Part shown: positions 24,665 through 38,899 of the stretch, piece after piece
How the letters are laid out: each line of letters begins with the position of its first letter
Position numbering within the stretch: position 1 is the first letter of the stretch
NCBI RefSeq assembly: GCF_009914755.1
Contig: NC_060947.1
Strand: one strand, 5' to 3'
Source of the DNA: the human T2T-CHM13v2.0 reference genome, Homo sapiens
DNA: 64,000 nucleotides
The notes under the pieces: model-generated
Seen by the model: only the letters and a program-made list of their open reading frames with translations
Database searches by the model: none
Told to the model about the DNA's origin: nothing
Translations under genes and position numbers: made by a program

Positions 24665-24851
24665 TTTCCTTCCTTCCTTCCTTCCTTCCTTCCTTCCTTC
24701 CTTCCTTTCCTCCATCCCTCCCTCCCTCCCTGCCTTCCTTCCTTCTTTCTCCTTCCTTCCCTTCTTCCTTCCCTTCTTTCCCTCCCCTCCCTCCCTTCCT
24801 TCCTTGCTTCCTTCCTTCCTTCCCTCCCTCCCTCCCTCCCCTCTTTCTTTT

Positions 24852-24903
<52 letters not shown>

Positions 24904-25049
24904 TCCTTTCTTTCTTTCTTTTTCTTCTCTTTCTTTCTTTCTTTTTCTTCTTTCTTTCTTTCCTTCTTTCTTTCTTTTTTCTTTCTTTCTCCTTTCTTTC
25001 TCCTTCCTTCCTTCCTTCCTTTCTTTCTCTCTCTCTCTTTCTTTCCTTA
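24665..25049. repeat. About 385-bp polypyrimidine (CCTT)n/(CCCT)n/(CTTT)n tract
   Basis: Almost pure C/T on the + strand. Confidence 0.97.
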
Positions 25050-25104
25050 TTTATTGGGTGCTAAACATTTATAGCGTAAAATGTTTATTTTAAAAAACAT
25101 TTAA

Positions 25105-25635
25105 AAATAACAGCTTTATTAAGATATAGTTCACCCATTTAAAGCGTACAGTTTAGTGGTTTTTAGTGTATTCACACAGTTGTGTAGCCATTACTACATC
25201 CATTTGTAGTCACTCCCCATTTACTCCTCCCCGCAGCCTCTGACAACCACCGATGTACTTTTTGTTTTCAAAGATTTGCCTATTCTGGACATTTCATATA
25301 AATGCAGTCACACAATATGTGATCCTTGGTGTCTGACTTCTTTCCCTTAGCATGATGTTTTCAAGGTTCATTTATGTTGTAGCATGTATCAGTATTTCAT
25401 TCCTTTTTATGGATTAAATACATTCCATTCTATGGATATACTACATTTTATTTGTCCATTTATTCATTGATGGACATTTGAGCTGTTCCCACCTTTTTGC
25501 TATTATGAATAGTGATGCTATGAATATTTGTGTGCAAGTCTTTGTGTGGACATATGTTCTCATTTCTTCTCTTATATACCTAAGGAGTGGAATTTCTGGG
25601 TCATATGATAACTCCATGTTTAACCCTTGGAGGAA
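25105..25635 (-). mobile_element. L1MB-like 3' fragment
   Basis: cagctttattaagatata...gatttgcctattctggacatttcatataaatg...gatggacatttg...aggagtggaatttctgggtcatatg. Confidence 0.88.
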
Positions 25636-26654
25636 TAGATTATGCATTTTTGACTTGTTATTGTCCCATGAGGTCTGAAGTTAGGAAAGGTAGGGAGAAT
25701 AACTTCTTATGGGGTAGACATCAATGGATCTCAGCAGTGCCCAGGCTGGCAGTGCCATTTTTATGAGTGTAACAAGTTTATCTTCTTCAGCCCTTTGAGG
25801 CCTCATTTTCCAGAGACTACTGGCCCTCCTGGGTCTGTGACCCTGGCCAGAACTAGGATTTTTTATTTTTAACCTCTCATAAGGGATTCCTACGAAATAT
25901 GACCCACTAGAGTGCTTGGTGGACTGTCAACTCTGTATCTGTGGGGAACAAAATCCAGCTGTTCAGCTTGGTTAGCTGCTGTCTCATCTGGAACTGCCTT
26001 TCCTAGGTTTATTTCCCCAAACAATGGCCCAAGTTGTAGGCTTGTGGTTGCCAGCCCCCTTTAATTTGGTCCTTAGTTGCATAGTCTGTTATTTGTGCTG
26101 TGACTGGCTGTGATTGAAGGGGTATGCTTTTTCCTAAACTCAACAGTGTAGTAAGATGCTTGGTGGACTCCAATAATTCATCTATCCCATGGAGAATGTG
26201 AGGAGTGTGTGTAGTGATGGTGAGGGGCATGGCACACTGAGGGGAAAGTACCTTTAAAACAGAATACTGAATTTAATATCAGATCAGGCTGATGTTAAAC
26301 CTCTGCTTTCCATATGAGAACACTTTCCCAGGGGATTTAATTGTAAAATGACAAAAGGGTCTTAGTGCAATTTCACTGACAAATGGCCTTCTGGTGTGGA
26401 TTTCCATGACGCAAGCAGAGCCAACTAAGAGCTTCGTCACTTATGTTCCTGGAGCACATAGAACAATTTTCTCCCATTTTGTTGAACTTACTTGAACTTG
26501 GGGTAGAATACCTCCCTGGACTTATACTACCAGCAGGTTTAGGCTCCCAGTTTCATTTATGTGTCTTCATCCCATGTATAGCAGTGGCTCCCACCATTGG
26601 CAAAGACTGAACTTGAAATGCCTTGCTCTGGAATTCAAGACCATCCGTGATTTA

Positions 26655-26870
26655 GAGTATAGTGGATAAGGATGACAGCTATGAAGCTACACTACCCAGG
26701 GGGTAAACACAGCTTTGTGTGACCCTGGACAAACAATTTAACTTTTCTAATCTGTGGAATAGAAATAAGAATACTACCTACCTCATGTGGTTGTTGGGAG
26801 GATTAAATAGGTTGACAAATGTAATATATTAGAAAGGTGCTTAGTCAGTGCTTAGCTGTGTTTGTTGTTA
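26655..26870 (+). mobile_element. MIR SINE
   Basis: tgtgtgaccctggacaaac...tacctacctcatgtggttgttgggaggattaaat. Confidence 0.7.
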
Positions 26871-26959
26871 TTCTTATCCTATGTTCTGTCCACTCATGGC
26901 TGTTGGCCCTGCTCAGATACCATCTCTTCTATGAAGCTGTGCCTGAGTGTGTCTTCCTT

Positions 26960-27060
26960 ACTGCTTTGTACACAGTACCAAACATAGTGCCTAGCATGTA
27001 ATAGATACTCAATAAATATTTGTTGAATGAACAATGAATGAATATTTGTTGAATGAATGC
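26960..27060 (+). mobile_element. L2 3' terminus with duplicated tail
   Basis: gtgcctagcatgtaatagatactcaataaatatttgttgaatgaa; aatatttgttgaatgaa occurs twice. Confidence 0.8.
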
Positions 27061-27581
27061 ATTTTCCCACTTGGGAGCAATCCACTCTTCCTCTATGCTT
27101 TTATATCACTTTGCCTCTACCTCGTTTTATGGAGTTTTCTACATTTAACCTTTATTTTAGCTAATTATGCTTTAGATGCAACCCCTTCTCCAGAAGGTCA
27201 GCCCTTGGATAATAGTGCCTGGGTCAATTGTTTTGGTATTTCCTGTTAGGACTTGCATGGAGGGCAATAAATATTTGGTAAATAATTCATCCCCTTTGGA
27301 AACAATGTTCTTAAACCATTAAATTGCTAGGTGTTTTTTTTTTTTAATTAACCGAACACAAACACAGAGACATATGCATGCAGAGACAGTATCCCTCTAA
27401 CAATTTCATGACATGTTGCCTTCTTTTTTGTTTTCCTAAAGGAAGTGATAAAGGTAAAAGTTGAAGAGGTGGGCGACAGTGGGAGCCAGAGACTCAAAAT
27501 AAATAAAAATGTGAGTTCAGTTCAAAGAACAGGTTGATATTAAAGTTTTATTGGAGTTCAACAATTTCAGAAAATACATAG

Positions 27582-27906
<325 letters not shown>

Positions 27907-28447
27907 CCCCCTTTTAAATAAAAGCTCACAAAGCCCCTTGGTTGTCTGAAAAATAATGGAATATTTGACTTGAGTTCTGGGATTGGAAGCTAGTCACTGT
28001 TGCTGTGCTTCTTTGGTTCATAGCTGGAAATGCTGTGGTTGTCTAGTGGGGAGCTGGGCCTGCCTATTCTAGGGCATGGCTGGTTAGAGAGAATGAGAAG
28101 TCACTTGGCTGGTGGTCCAACAGATCAGAGCAGAGTTAGTCCACACACAGGCCAGGCTCCTTCCTGGATGCCTAGAGGAAAGGTGGCAGGTCAAAGGGAG
28201 ATGGATGCCAACTGGCACCTGAAAGGATCCCTGCACTTGGTTTAGGATCAGATAACATTTGACCAAACTGGAAAGTAGAGAAGTAAGTTTTACTGAACTC
28301 TTTCACACATATTCTAGGGGAAGAAGCTGTGTGCCTGAAAAACAGGAATATGGAGTGGTTCAAGGTGATTTTTCTTCACTTTGACCTTTGAATTTATGGA
28401 TTATATGTACCCTGAAGTTTTGGTAAATTGGTGCAGTTTTAAAAAAT

Positions 28448-28873
28448 GTATATTATCCACGATAAACTAACTTCTACAACATCCCCAAACCTCAGTGACT
28501 TAACCCAATAAGTGTTATTTCCCACTCATACCAATGTGGGCTAGCAGCGGGTGGAGAAGGGTGCTAGGCTACATATGGTCACTCAAGAACCCAGGCTTCT
28601 TCCATCTTGTGGCTTCATTCTCTCTCGGGCCTTGGAGTCCTCCACTGGATGTCGAATTCAGCCAGCAGCCCAAGGATGAGAGCAAGTGAGTGTAGGGGAG
28701 TGCAAAGGCAGTTTTTATGGGCTTTGCCTGGAAATGGCATTTATCACTTCCATCCACATTCCACTTGGCAGCCTTAGGCCACACCTAGTCACAGGGAGTT
28801 TGGAAGCTGTGGTCTAGCAGTGTGTCCAGAGGAAAGGCAAATGGTTTGGTGGAAAACTAGTCAATCTCTGCCA
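28448..28873 (-). mobile_element. Old MaLR LTR (MLT1J-like)
   Basis: ccccaaacctcagtgacttaac...ttccatcttgtggct...catcc acattccacttgg...tggtttggtggaaaactagtcaatctctgcca. Confidence 0.75.
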
Positions 28874-28938
28874 GAAAAACTCAACTGGAAACTTCCCCTC
28901 TCAGTTGGCGTAAGGAGAAACAGAATATTTTACTGTAG

Positions 28939-29725
<787 letters not shown>

Positions 29726-31429
29726 GGGCCAATTAACTCAGAATCTTGGGTGGGGTGAGGGATGGCAGAGTAGGTCCAGATATCAGTTTTGTTTGGTTTT
29801 AAAAGAAACTTTCCAGGTGATCCTGATGTGCAACCAGGGTCAAGAGTCATTAGAATGGCAGGCTCAAAGAGAGGCCAGGAGGAGTAAAGCACCTAGCTGT
29901 TATGTGAGAGACTGAAGGCTTTCCAGGTTGCTGAAGGCATCCCAAAGTGAGATGTGGCATGGGATGGGTGGGGAGCAGGGCAAAAGGGGGAAAATGGTTC
30001 ATTGAGGAGAAGCCACTTCCCAGGCACTCTTTCCTGTGTGTGGAGACAGGGATCCTTTTTCCCCAGAGCTCCAAGCCTGGTGGGCCTTCACAAGCAGTGA
30101 GGTTCTGCCTGCGGGCTCTAATTATCTCCTCCCCTGCCCTTGGTGATTTGGGGAGGGAAAGACAAGCACAAGGATTGGGAATGTGAAAACCTGCCTCTCC
30201 GTCTGAGTTCTTAAGCAGAAAAGGGCCAAAGGGCAAGCCCTGCTCCAGAGTTGCTGTTGTTTGTGTTTCACTGGGGTTGGGCAAGTTGCAGCATCAGAAT
30301 TGTCAGCTTATGGTTCAGCAGGCTAGTGAGCGGAGTTACAAAGAATCCAGTGGGATTTATCTGGTCAGCATGGGGTCCTGCACATAATGGAGGAGTCCAC
30401 TGGCTGTTGTTTCTGCCTCCTCTTGGGCCTATCAGTCTTTGCCACCATCAGGAGAACCGTGGAGACCCTCAGGTCCCAGGCCTGCATACTAAACAGGCTT
30501 GGGTTTGGCAGGACTCATGCTGCCTTCCCCAGGCCACATTGTTTTGCTCATGTGTTTGGAATCCCCTGAAATCCTTGCTATCAAAGATGCCTGTGCCCAC
30601 CTAAGAGGAGTTACCTTAAAATGAAAAGCAAACAACTTTGCTCTTATTTAGAAAGCATGAAACCAGTGCCTTAACCTTATGGTTTTATCATTCAAACTAC
30701 AGAGTTGGAAAAAGTGTGTGTTTTTTTGTTGTTGTTGTTTGTTTGTTTGTTTTTAAAAAAAACTTCAAAAAGTTGGGGCTGGGTGTTGAATTGAAGTCAG
30801 GGTTGTGTCTCTCAGAAGGTTGTGACGTTTTGGGGGAAACACCCCAAATATAGAGGATAGCTTGTTTAAGAATAAAACTGAAGGAAAAACTTAGACCCAT
30901 TCTTAACTATTTTTCTCACAAAATCCCCAATCGTTATTGGGTTTTTCTCAGAGATTTAAAGAAAAGCCCTCCCTTTATCTGAGCTCTGTCGTCTCATGGG
31001 GGCCTCTTGGGCATGCATTTTTCTAGACACCTTGGACACTTGGTGTGGAAACAAATGTTTGGAAATGATCTATATCTGGATGCTTTCCTCATAAATATAT
31101 ATGGATATATAGAAACTACTTTAAAAATAAAATTTTAGTGATTATTTCTGTGTCATATACTGCAGCCATTTTGCCGGGAGATTCTTGATAAATATTTAGG
31201 CTAAAAAAAAAAAAAAAAGAAAGAAATCAAGCCACCTCTCCCCTTGGTGGTTTCCTGCTGCAGGGGACCAGCTGTGGCAATATGGAGCCTGACTTGTATC
31301 TTTTCAGATATGTGAGTGTAATATCCAGCTGAATGCCTGGGTTTCCATCACCACACAGGAAAAAAAATCTGCTGGAATCCAAGAAGTCCAGGAGAGTCAC
31401 CTTGGGTTCTGTGCCAGAAACAACCTCTC

Positions 31430-31570
31430 TTACCTCAAAGTTCTCCCATTTGACAGCTGGGGAAACAGAAGACCTGAGACTCCAAGTGCCTTTTCCAAAG
31501 TTATGCAACTAGTTAGTGACAAAGCTAGGACCGGAAACCTGGTCTCTTGATGCTCGGGGAAAGCTCATTA
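31430..31570 (-). mobile_element. MIR SINE
   Basis: cccatttgacagctggggaaacagaag...ccaaagttatgcaactagttagtgacaaagctagga. Confidence 0.7.
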
Positions 31571-32284
31571 CCTCAGCAGAGATGGCAGGTAGGTTTCCTA
31601 TTGCATGCCATCATCACTTGATAGTAGCTCAACACTATGTGGAAGCACTGTGTTGAGAAGGATGCTGCAGCTTGATATTCACACACCCGGAAAACATGCG
31701 GTGGGCCATTAGCTTGGTCTGCCTGAGGTACAGGTGAGAGGATTCGTTGCACTTTGTGTGTGTCTCCAGCTGTTATACCATGCTGTGTTTTGATTTTTTA
31801 AGTACCATAGGTTCAAGAGTTCTTGTTGCCCTCCCCTCCTGGTGCAAGCCCAAGCTTCTTTAGGATGACCTGACAGACACACATGCACACACACATTGTA
31901 GTCCAAAAGCACCAGGAAAACCTTTCATTGTTTAGAAGAATTAGACGCCTCACACTAGGAGGTTTTGATGCGTTCCTCAACTTTGACACATTGAGGTTAC
32001 ATTGTCTCTCTCTTCTTACCATTTGTTCTCCTTCCAGTCACCCATTTCTCTGGTAGGCAGGCTCTTCAGGCAAGGGTCACAAAGTGCTGTACCTTCCCTC
32101 CTTGGGAAATGGGGCCCAGATCCAGGACAGGAATGAGATCCCTGGGCCTCTTCCAGGGAGGCTTCAGTTTCCGGTGTCATAGTGATCAACTCCCTGGCAT
32201 CTTTTTAGATCACAATTTGGGAAGCAGTTGACATTCGGGTTTTCCTCATCAGCCAGTAGCACTTCCTGTAAGTTTTGATTGAAT

Positions 32285-32420
32285 TGCCTAACCACACTAA
32301 GCCTCAGTTTTCCCATCTGTAAAATAGAGATAGTGATAGTTTCCACATCACAGGACTGTCATGAGGATTCAATAACACATATAAAGTACTTTGCAAGTGT
32401 CCAACAAATGTTCCCTATTA
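32285..32420 (+). mobile_element. MIR SINE
   Basis: aagcctcagttttcccatctgtaaaatagagatagtgatagt. Confidence 0.75.
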
Positions 32421-32556
32421 TTTTTAAGTCACAGATACAAGCCCTTGAGGAAGCATCAGTTGTGTATGCTAATTTTGTGTGTGCTGTGTGTGAGCATTTC
32501 AAAGAGAGGGAGGGAGAGGAAGAGCAAACGAGCGAGCTAGTGGTCTGTGCCTAGGA

Positions 32557-32630
32557 TACATTTCAAAACATCATGCTGTATGTGATAAATACGATTTTTA
32601 TTTTTCAATTAAAAATAAATTTTTTAAAAG
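32557..32630 (+). mobile_element. L1MA-like extreme 3' end
   Basis: acatttcaaaacatcatgctgtatgtgataaata...caattaaaaataaa. Confidence 0.6.
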
Positions 32631-32691
32631 ATGTAGTGACACGTGGAGAATTGCCATCAGGTATGCGGGTTTGTGTATTGTTTAGGCTGGT

Positions 32692-32850
32692 GCATTTGAA
32701 ACTTTAGTGCATATGTGGATCATCTAGGGATCTTATTTAAAATGCAGATTCAGTAGATCTGGGCTCAGGGCCTGGGATTCTGCATTTCTCACAAGCTCCC
32801 AGGGGATGCCAGTTGTGTTGGTCTGTGAACCCCACTTTCAGAAGCAAGAG
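32692..32850. mobile_element. MER5A element
   Basis: aaaatgcagattcagtagatctggg...gattctgcatttctcacaagctcccaggggatgc. Confidence 0.8.
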
Positions 32851-33094
32851 TTTCAGGGGCTGATGCTGTCCTTTACATTTGGAATAACCAGAAACTTCAT
32901 GGCCCCACGGCCAGTTAGCTGGATCGCTGTATCCAGCAACTGATACCTACTGTAGAAAAAATACTGAAGCACAACTCTGAAGAGCCAGATCCTAGTCCTG
33001 AGAGGCAGCGAGTGAGTCATTTTCCTCCCTAGGCCTCGGCAGCTTTCTCATCTTTAAAGGAGGTGGGGAAGGTGCTCTGAGACCTTGCTGTTCC

Positions 33095-33210
33095 CAGAGT
33101 GGTTCTCGGCCCAGCATTATTGGGCCACCACAGATCTCCTGCACCCTAAACTGCATTTGAACAAGTTCCCCAGGAGATTCGCTTGCACATTAGCATTGGA
33201 AAAGCACTGG
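33095..33210. mobile_element. MER5A1-like element inserted in a MIR3 remnant (about 32970-33245)
   Basis: ctgcatttgaacaagttccccaggagattcgcttgcacatta...agcactgg; flanks resemble the MIR3 CORE and tail. Confidence 0.6.
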
Positions 33211-33879
33211 TCTAAGATTCCTTTCAGCTAGAAGATTCTGTGAATCTGAAAAGTTCTAATTCTAGCTCTGGTGACAGAAATCTACAAAAACAAATCACTC
33301 CAATTATAAAATGGGGATGTCTTCAGCAAGAAATAGTTCTCCAACACTCTCCTTGGTGATATACAGAGATGGCCAAACTAACGAAATTTAATCTGAACCA
33401 GCATTTGCCTGAATTTGGTTGGGAGGGGAGAGTGTTGAGGATCCTGATAGAAATTGGAAATGAGGCACTGGATACCATATTTAGATTCTGTGGCTTCTCT
33501 AGACCCAGGGAAGGTGTTATGGATAGTGTTGGGGAAGCACGTTGTCTGGAGTAATGCCCTTCACCATCACTGACACCTCTCTAGGGACCTCAGTGAATTT
33601 CAGCATGATCTCCCCATCTTTCCAGAGAAGTCCCAGACCTAGCATCAGTTCCTCCATCTTCCTTCAAAATTGGTGCACATTGACAGAATGGGGAGAAAGA
33701 TAGCAGGGGTGGGGGGTGGGGCATGTGCCCATAGGTCTACATCCTAAGGTCACCTTCTGCTCTTTGATGGGGATTGAGGCAAAGAGTGAAAAATTTGTGT
33801 TCTGTTGAATCCAAAAGGAAGAAGCAAAATTGTCCCAAGACTTCTGTTCCATGGAGGAATTTTTTTAACTATAAAAATA

Positions 33880-34370
33880 TCATATATATATGAAAAAGAG
33901 AATGCTATAAGAAACACCACCAAGATTAAGAAATAAACTATTACAAAGAAAACTGTGATTGTAGATTTCTTCCTAATAGCATCACCTTCTTCAACCACAC
34001 CCTGAAATTTGGTGTTAGTAACTCCCAGCCATGTCCTCATATTTTAATATATATTTATATATTCCTAAGCAGCATTTGGTATTATTGTGCATGTTCTAAA
34101 ATTTGTAGACCTTGTTTTGTACTGTTTGTATCTTTCTGCAGCTTGTTGTTTTTGCTCAACGTTATGTATGGAGATTTATTCATATTGTTACTTGTAGCTC
34201 CCATTGATTCCTTTTTAATTGCTATATAGAGTTCATTATATGAAACTACTTCAGTTTATCTATTCTCCTATTGATAGACACTTCAGATGCTTCTAGTTTT
34301 TCTTCCTCCAAACAATGCTAGAATGAACATACATTGCTTTTGTGTGTATATGTGTGAGCTTTTCACAGAG
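33880..34370 (-). mobile_element. Old L1ME-like fragment
   Basis: gcagcttgttgtttttgctcaacgttatg...tctcctattgatagacac...aacaatgctagaatgaacat. Confidence 0.7.
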
Positions 34371-34567
34371 TGTGTTGTGACCCATTCATAGATCATGAAC
34401 TTGAACAAATGGGTTGCAAATAGTATTTTAGAAAATGACATAGAATCAACGGCTTTGGAAAATGTCAGAATATGTTGCACATGGTAAGAGTAGTTACTGT
34501 TTCATTAAACTTGTCTCAATGACAAAGTAAGAAAATTTACTTTGACACCCAGTTAAAATGGAAACGA

Positions 34568-34844
34568 GGCCAGGCGTGGTGGCTCACACCTGTAATCCCA
34601 GCACTTTGGGAGGCTGAGGCAGGTGGATTGTTTGAGGTCAGGAGTTCGAGACCAGCCTGGCCAACGTGGTGAAACCCCCGTCTCTACTAAAAATACAATA
34701 ATTAGCTGGCTTGGTGGCCCATGCCTGTAATCCCAGCTACTCAGAGGCCAAGGTGGGAGAATTGCTTGAACCCAGGAGGCAGAGGTTGCAGCAAGCCGAG
34801 ATTGTGCCTGTGTACTCCAGCCTAGGCAACCAAGCAAGACTCAG

Positions 34845-34875
<31 letters not shown>
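34568..34875 (+). mobile_element. Alu, AluSz/Sx-like, full length with long A tail
   Basis: ggccaggcgtggtggctcac start; degenerate TSD aaaatggaaacga / aaaaaggaaacca. Confidence 0.96.
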
Positions 34876-34878
<3 letters not shown>

Positions 34879-35829
34879 AACCAGTTTAATGATACAGTAA
34901 CCAGTAACTACTTTCACCATATGGGTCACAGTCAACAAATGTGAAAGTTCCAGGGTGGGAGATACACCTAAAGATGGACTCACTGGGTTGAAGGCCATGT
35001 ATGTCTTTGGCTTTGTGGGAGATTGCCAAATTGCTCTTTCAAGTGTACCAGTTCACAAGTCTGGGAGATTTTACATCACAAAGTCCAAAGAAAAGAAATG
35101 GACCTCAAGGACAGATGGAAGCCAGAGATTGAGTGAGAAGAAAATAAAGCTTAAAATTGCCACCTTGCTTGCTCTTCTTGTATGCCTCTTCACCCTAAGT
35201 AAACATTATGGGTTTTCATGACCTTGTAAATTTGCTTTTAATCTTAAAAAAGAAAAAAGTTTGGAAGTTTGGAAGGAAATTCCTTGTTTTCCTGTCTCTC
35301 TGGCCTCAGTTCAGGAAGGGGCGAACTGGAAGGAGGTCAGAAATAAGCAACCCCTTTCCTTTTTGGAATCCATTAATAACAAGTTTGAGGTGAGCTGTGG
35401 CTAACCTTTGCTCTCTAGCTGCCGTTTGCAGTTTTTCAAAGTTAGACAAAGATTTCTCTGGATCAGAGTCAATGGTGCCATTGTTGCTGTTTGTTTTAAA
35501 ATTAAGCAGGGATTTGGGGAGCCCAAGGAGCTATCCTCCCATAGGTCATCTCTCTGGGGGACTGGGTCAGTTTCTGTTCTGGTTCCAAACCCTCCCAGGA
35601 AGGCCAGGCTCTCAGTGACTGCCCCTCACCCACCACTCCCAGCTGTGAACTGTGTTCTGTCTGACTTATACCCTATTTTCCTGGAAATGTGTATTCTTTT
35701 CCACTCTGCATTGCACAAGTAAGACCTAGTGATATAAAGATGGCAGACGTTGGGGAAGAGGGAGCTCCCGAGTCCTCAGCCTGGCCCCTCCTCCGTGCTG
35801 GTCCTGGTGCTCTGCACCTACCATCCGTA

Positions 35830-36090
35830 ATCTCAATTCATCCTCGCAATACCCTTTTCTATAGATGAGAAGACTGAGGCTCAGAGAGGTTGGATGACTT
35901 CCCCAGGTCAGTCATCCAGTAAGATGTAACTCCTAATCTTTATAGAGTACTTTCTACATGCCAGGCATTATTCTAAGCACCTTACACGATTCTCTTTAAA
36001 TCCTCATCTCATTCCAATAAGAGTAGGTGTCATTATTATCTCAATTATATAGATGAAACTGAGATACTGAGAGGGTGAGAATGTTACTGA
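35830..36090 (-). mobile_element. Two adjacent MIR fragments
   Basis: agatgagaagactgaggctcagagagg and atagatgaaactgagatactgagaggg cores. Confidence 0.7.
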
Positions 36091-36496
36091 ATTGTGGCTT
36101 GAGTAGTCATCTAATATTTTGGCGCTTGACACTTTCTATTTTCTGAATGTCAGTAATTAGTGACTTGGTTTTCCTGCCCTGTACTGTATCATGGGTAATG
36201 CCCCTTCCCACCTTCCCATCTCCCTCCTTTCCTCCTTCCAGTTTTTCCTTCCTTCCTTCCTTCCTTCGTTCCTTCCTTCCAGCATTTACCAATAGGCAAG
36301 GGAGGTGTTCTCTGTCCCATGGGAACCTGAGACAAGCATGAACAGCACAGGGGAAGAAGTGTGGTCACAATGACAGTGACCATATGTAGTTAAGGGCCAA
36401 AATGAGTGAATGGCGCAGAGATCAGAAAAGGAGGAGCTGGGTGAGCCTTGCAGGAAGTCTTATGGATTTCACCAGTGAATTTCTACTCACTTAAGC

Positions 36497-36681
36497 CAGT
36501 GGTTCTTAAACTTGAATGAGCGTCGGAATCACCTGGAGGACTTGTTTAAACAAGATGTTTGGGCTCACCACCCCTGTCCCCAAGTTTCTGATTTAGTAGG
36601 TCTGGAGGGAGGCCTGAGAATTTGCATTAGTAATAAGCTTCTGCTGCTGCTATTTCAGGAACAACACTTGGAAAATCACTG
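36497..36681. mobile_element. MER5A element
   Basis: cagtggttcttaaactt...gaatcacctggagg...gtaggtctgg...gagaatttgcatt...aatcactg with TIR-like ends. Confidence 0.85.
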
Positions 36682-36739
36682 ACATAAACAATAAGTAAGA
36701 TTTTGTAAGTGGCAAGATAAAGGAAATGAGTGTGATCTG

Positions 36740-37135
36740 TGTATTAGTCAGGATAGGTTAACTGTCATAACAAATAAATGCTAAAGTCTTTGTGGTGTAG
36801 CACAGTAATATTTGATCTCTTGCTCATGTTACAGTCCAGTGTGGGTTGATAGAAGAGTGCTCTGCTCCATGCAGTCATTCTAAGGACCAAACTCCTTCTA
36901 CCATTGACTCTGCCACACCCCAGTGCCAAAGAGCCCTGAATTGAGCCAGCAGATGACAGAGGAAAATATGGCAGATTTGGCAGGTTTTTATGGGTCAGAC
37001 CTAAAGGAGAAACACATCACTTCTGCCCACTTGCCGTTGGCTGGAACTCAGTTACACACCTCTACTTAACTGCAAGAAAGTCTGGGAAATGTGTCCCAGC
37101 CACGAGGTTCCACATGGAACTTGGTTTGACTAGAG
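36740..37135 (-). mobile_element. Old MaLR LTR (MLT1J/K-like)
   Basis: tgtattagtcaggatagg start; catcacttctgcccacttgccgttggctggaactcag; tctgggaaatgtg. Confidence 0.75.
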
Positions 37136-38899
37136 AGGAGCATTCAACATTCACGTTGAGAGAATAAATGGATGTTTCATGTTCTTCCAAGGAAATTTGC
37201 ATCAGACAATTCGGGTCATTATTTAGCATAATTATAGCATAGATTAGAGTAGGGGGCAAATCACCAGATTTAGGCCCAGATGCTCTTTATTCGAAAGCAA
37301 AATAGCTGACTGTAAAGTTACATAACTTCTCAGTACCTGTTTATTTATTTCTCTATAAAAACTGGGATAAGATATATGTGAAAATCACTAGCCTGGTGCT
37401 AAGCACATAAAAACAGAGTAGTTATTCCCGTGTTTTCTGCATTCAGATGGACAGACAGTGACAAGCTATTGTGGCCCTGAGAGCCCCTTCATGTGGACAG
37501 CTGTGGGATTCACAGTTTAAAGGACATGGGCACAACCTGATCTCAGCAGTTGCATGGCTATTCTAAAGACTGCTACACTGATGTCTCAGATGTACCATAG
37601 GAAATCAGGCCATGCCAGCAAGGCCCAAGGGAACGCATAGGCCTCAGACCACAGGATTCATTAAGTACTTGGTTTCTGGAGTCATACTCCCTAGAATCAA
37701 CACTATTACCCAGCTAGATGACTTTGGCCTTTGGACCTCAGTTTTCTCATGTGTAAGAAAACATGAATCATATTACTATGTTATAGAGTTGTTGTGACAA
37801 CAGAATGAGAAAAAGCCAGCGACTATATACTGAGAAATATTTTCGTAAATTTCCTAGCCTCCTGTGGTATTCTACCATGTCTTTCTCTTGGCATGGTTAG
37901 CTGAGGCCAATATAGATAGAGGTTCTTTGAGCGTGTAAACATGCTATTCTCTGTTTGGTCTTAGGACGGCCACCTGGTGCTTTCCAGAGCCCTGTCCTCT
38001 CCCCATAGCTTGACTGTCCATGAATGATTCTGGGTCCCCTGAGCTGTCCATGGACATGAAAGCAGTCTGAGGGAGGAGGTGGTGAGGAATACTCTGAGCT
38101 CTTTCTTAAGGCTGCACCTACATGCTTGATTAGTGGCCCACCACTGAGTGAGCCCAGCAGTGGAGATGAGTCTCCTGGGCTCCTTGATGGCAGTAGCAAT
38201 ACCGCTAAGGTTCCCCACCTCCCCATTGCAAATTTCCTTCATTCCATCTTGTAATTTGCTCCCTTGAGGTCTGGGCCCTTTAAAAGCCTTTCCCTCTGCC
38301 TTGTTCAAATGGTGCAATTGTGGGTGATTGAAACCACATTTTTATACGTGTCGAAATCAGTTCAGCCCTTAGAAAGAAATCTTAATATAAATTGGATCAT
38401 ATATCCTAAGTGGATGCCACCAGCTAATTCGTTTGTTAGACATTTCAGCTACATGGGATTAAGTGAGTGTTTACTCTTAAGCAGTTACATGTGGGCTTCA
38501 TTAATACACACACTCTGGCATGGCTTGTGCCTAATATCTTGTCAAATAAGGGAGTGTATAGAAGTAAGGGAGCCCTTACTTCCCCAGTGGAATCAGCCTC
38601 TCTTAGCTACCAGGGTGGGACTGAGGGAGGTGACTGGCTCTCTCTGACTTGGTGTTCCAGAAACTTGGTGTCTTGCACTTCCATTAGCTTCTCTGTAAAG
38701 CAGAGGAGGGCAAAATGAGAGCCCACACATATGCATTAGTACAAAGGGGACATGGATCTGGAAACTCATTGTGTGCAAGCAGGCACAAGGGGCTAGAAAA
38801 ATATCTATTTTGGAAAATGTTTCTGCCCCTAATTGAAATTAGGCTTCCTGCAGCTCCTGACAGGCTGTGGTCCATACCCTTACTAGGCCAGGTTGGGTC

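Noticed and set aside
24616-25093. The longest ORFs (136-152 aa, F/L/P/S-rich)
   Set aside because: They are translations of the stop-free polypyrimidine microsatellite.
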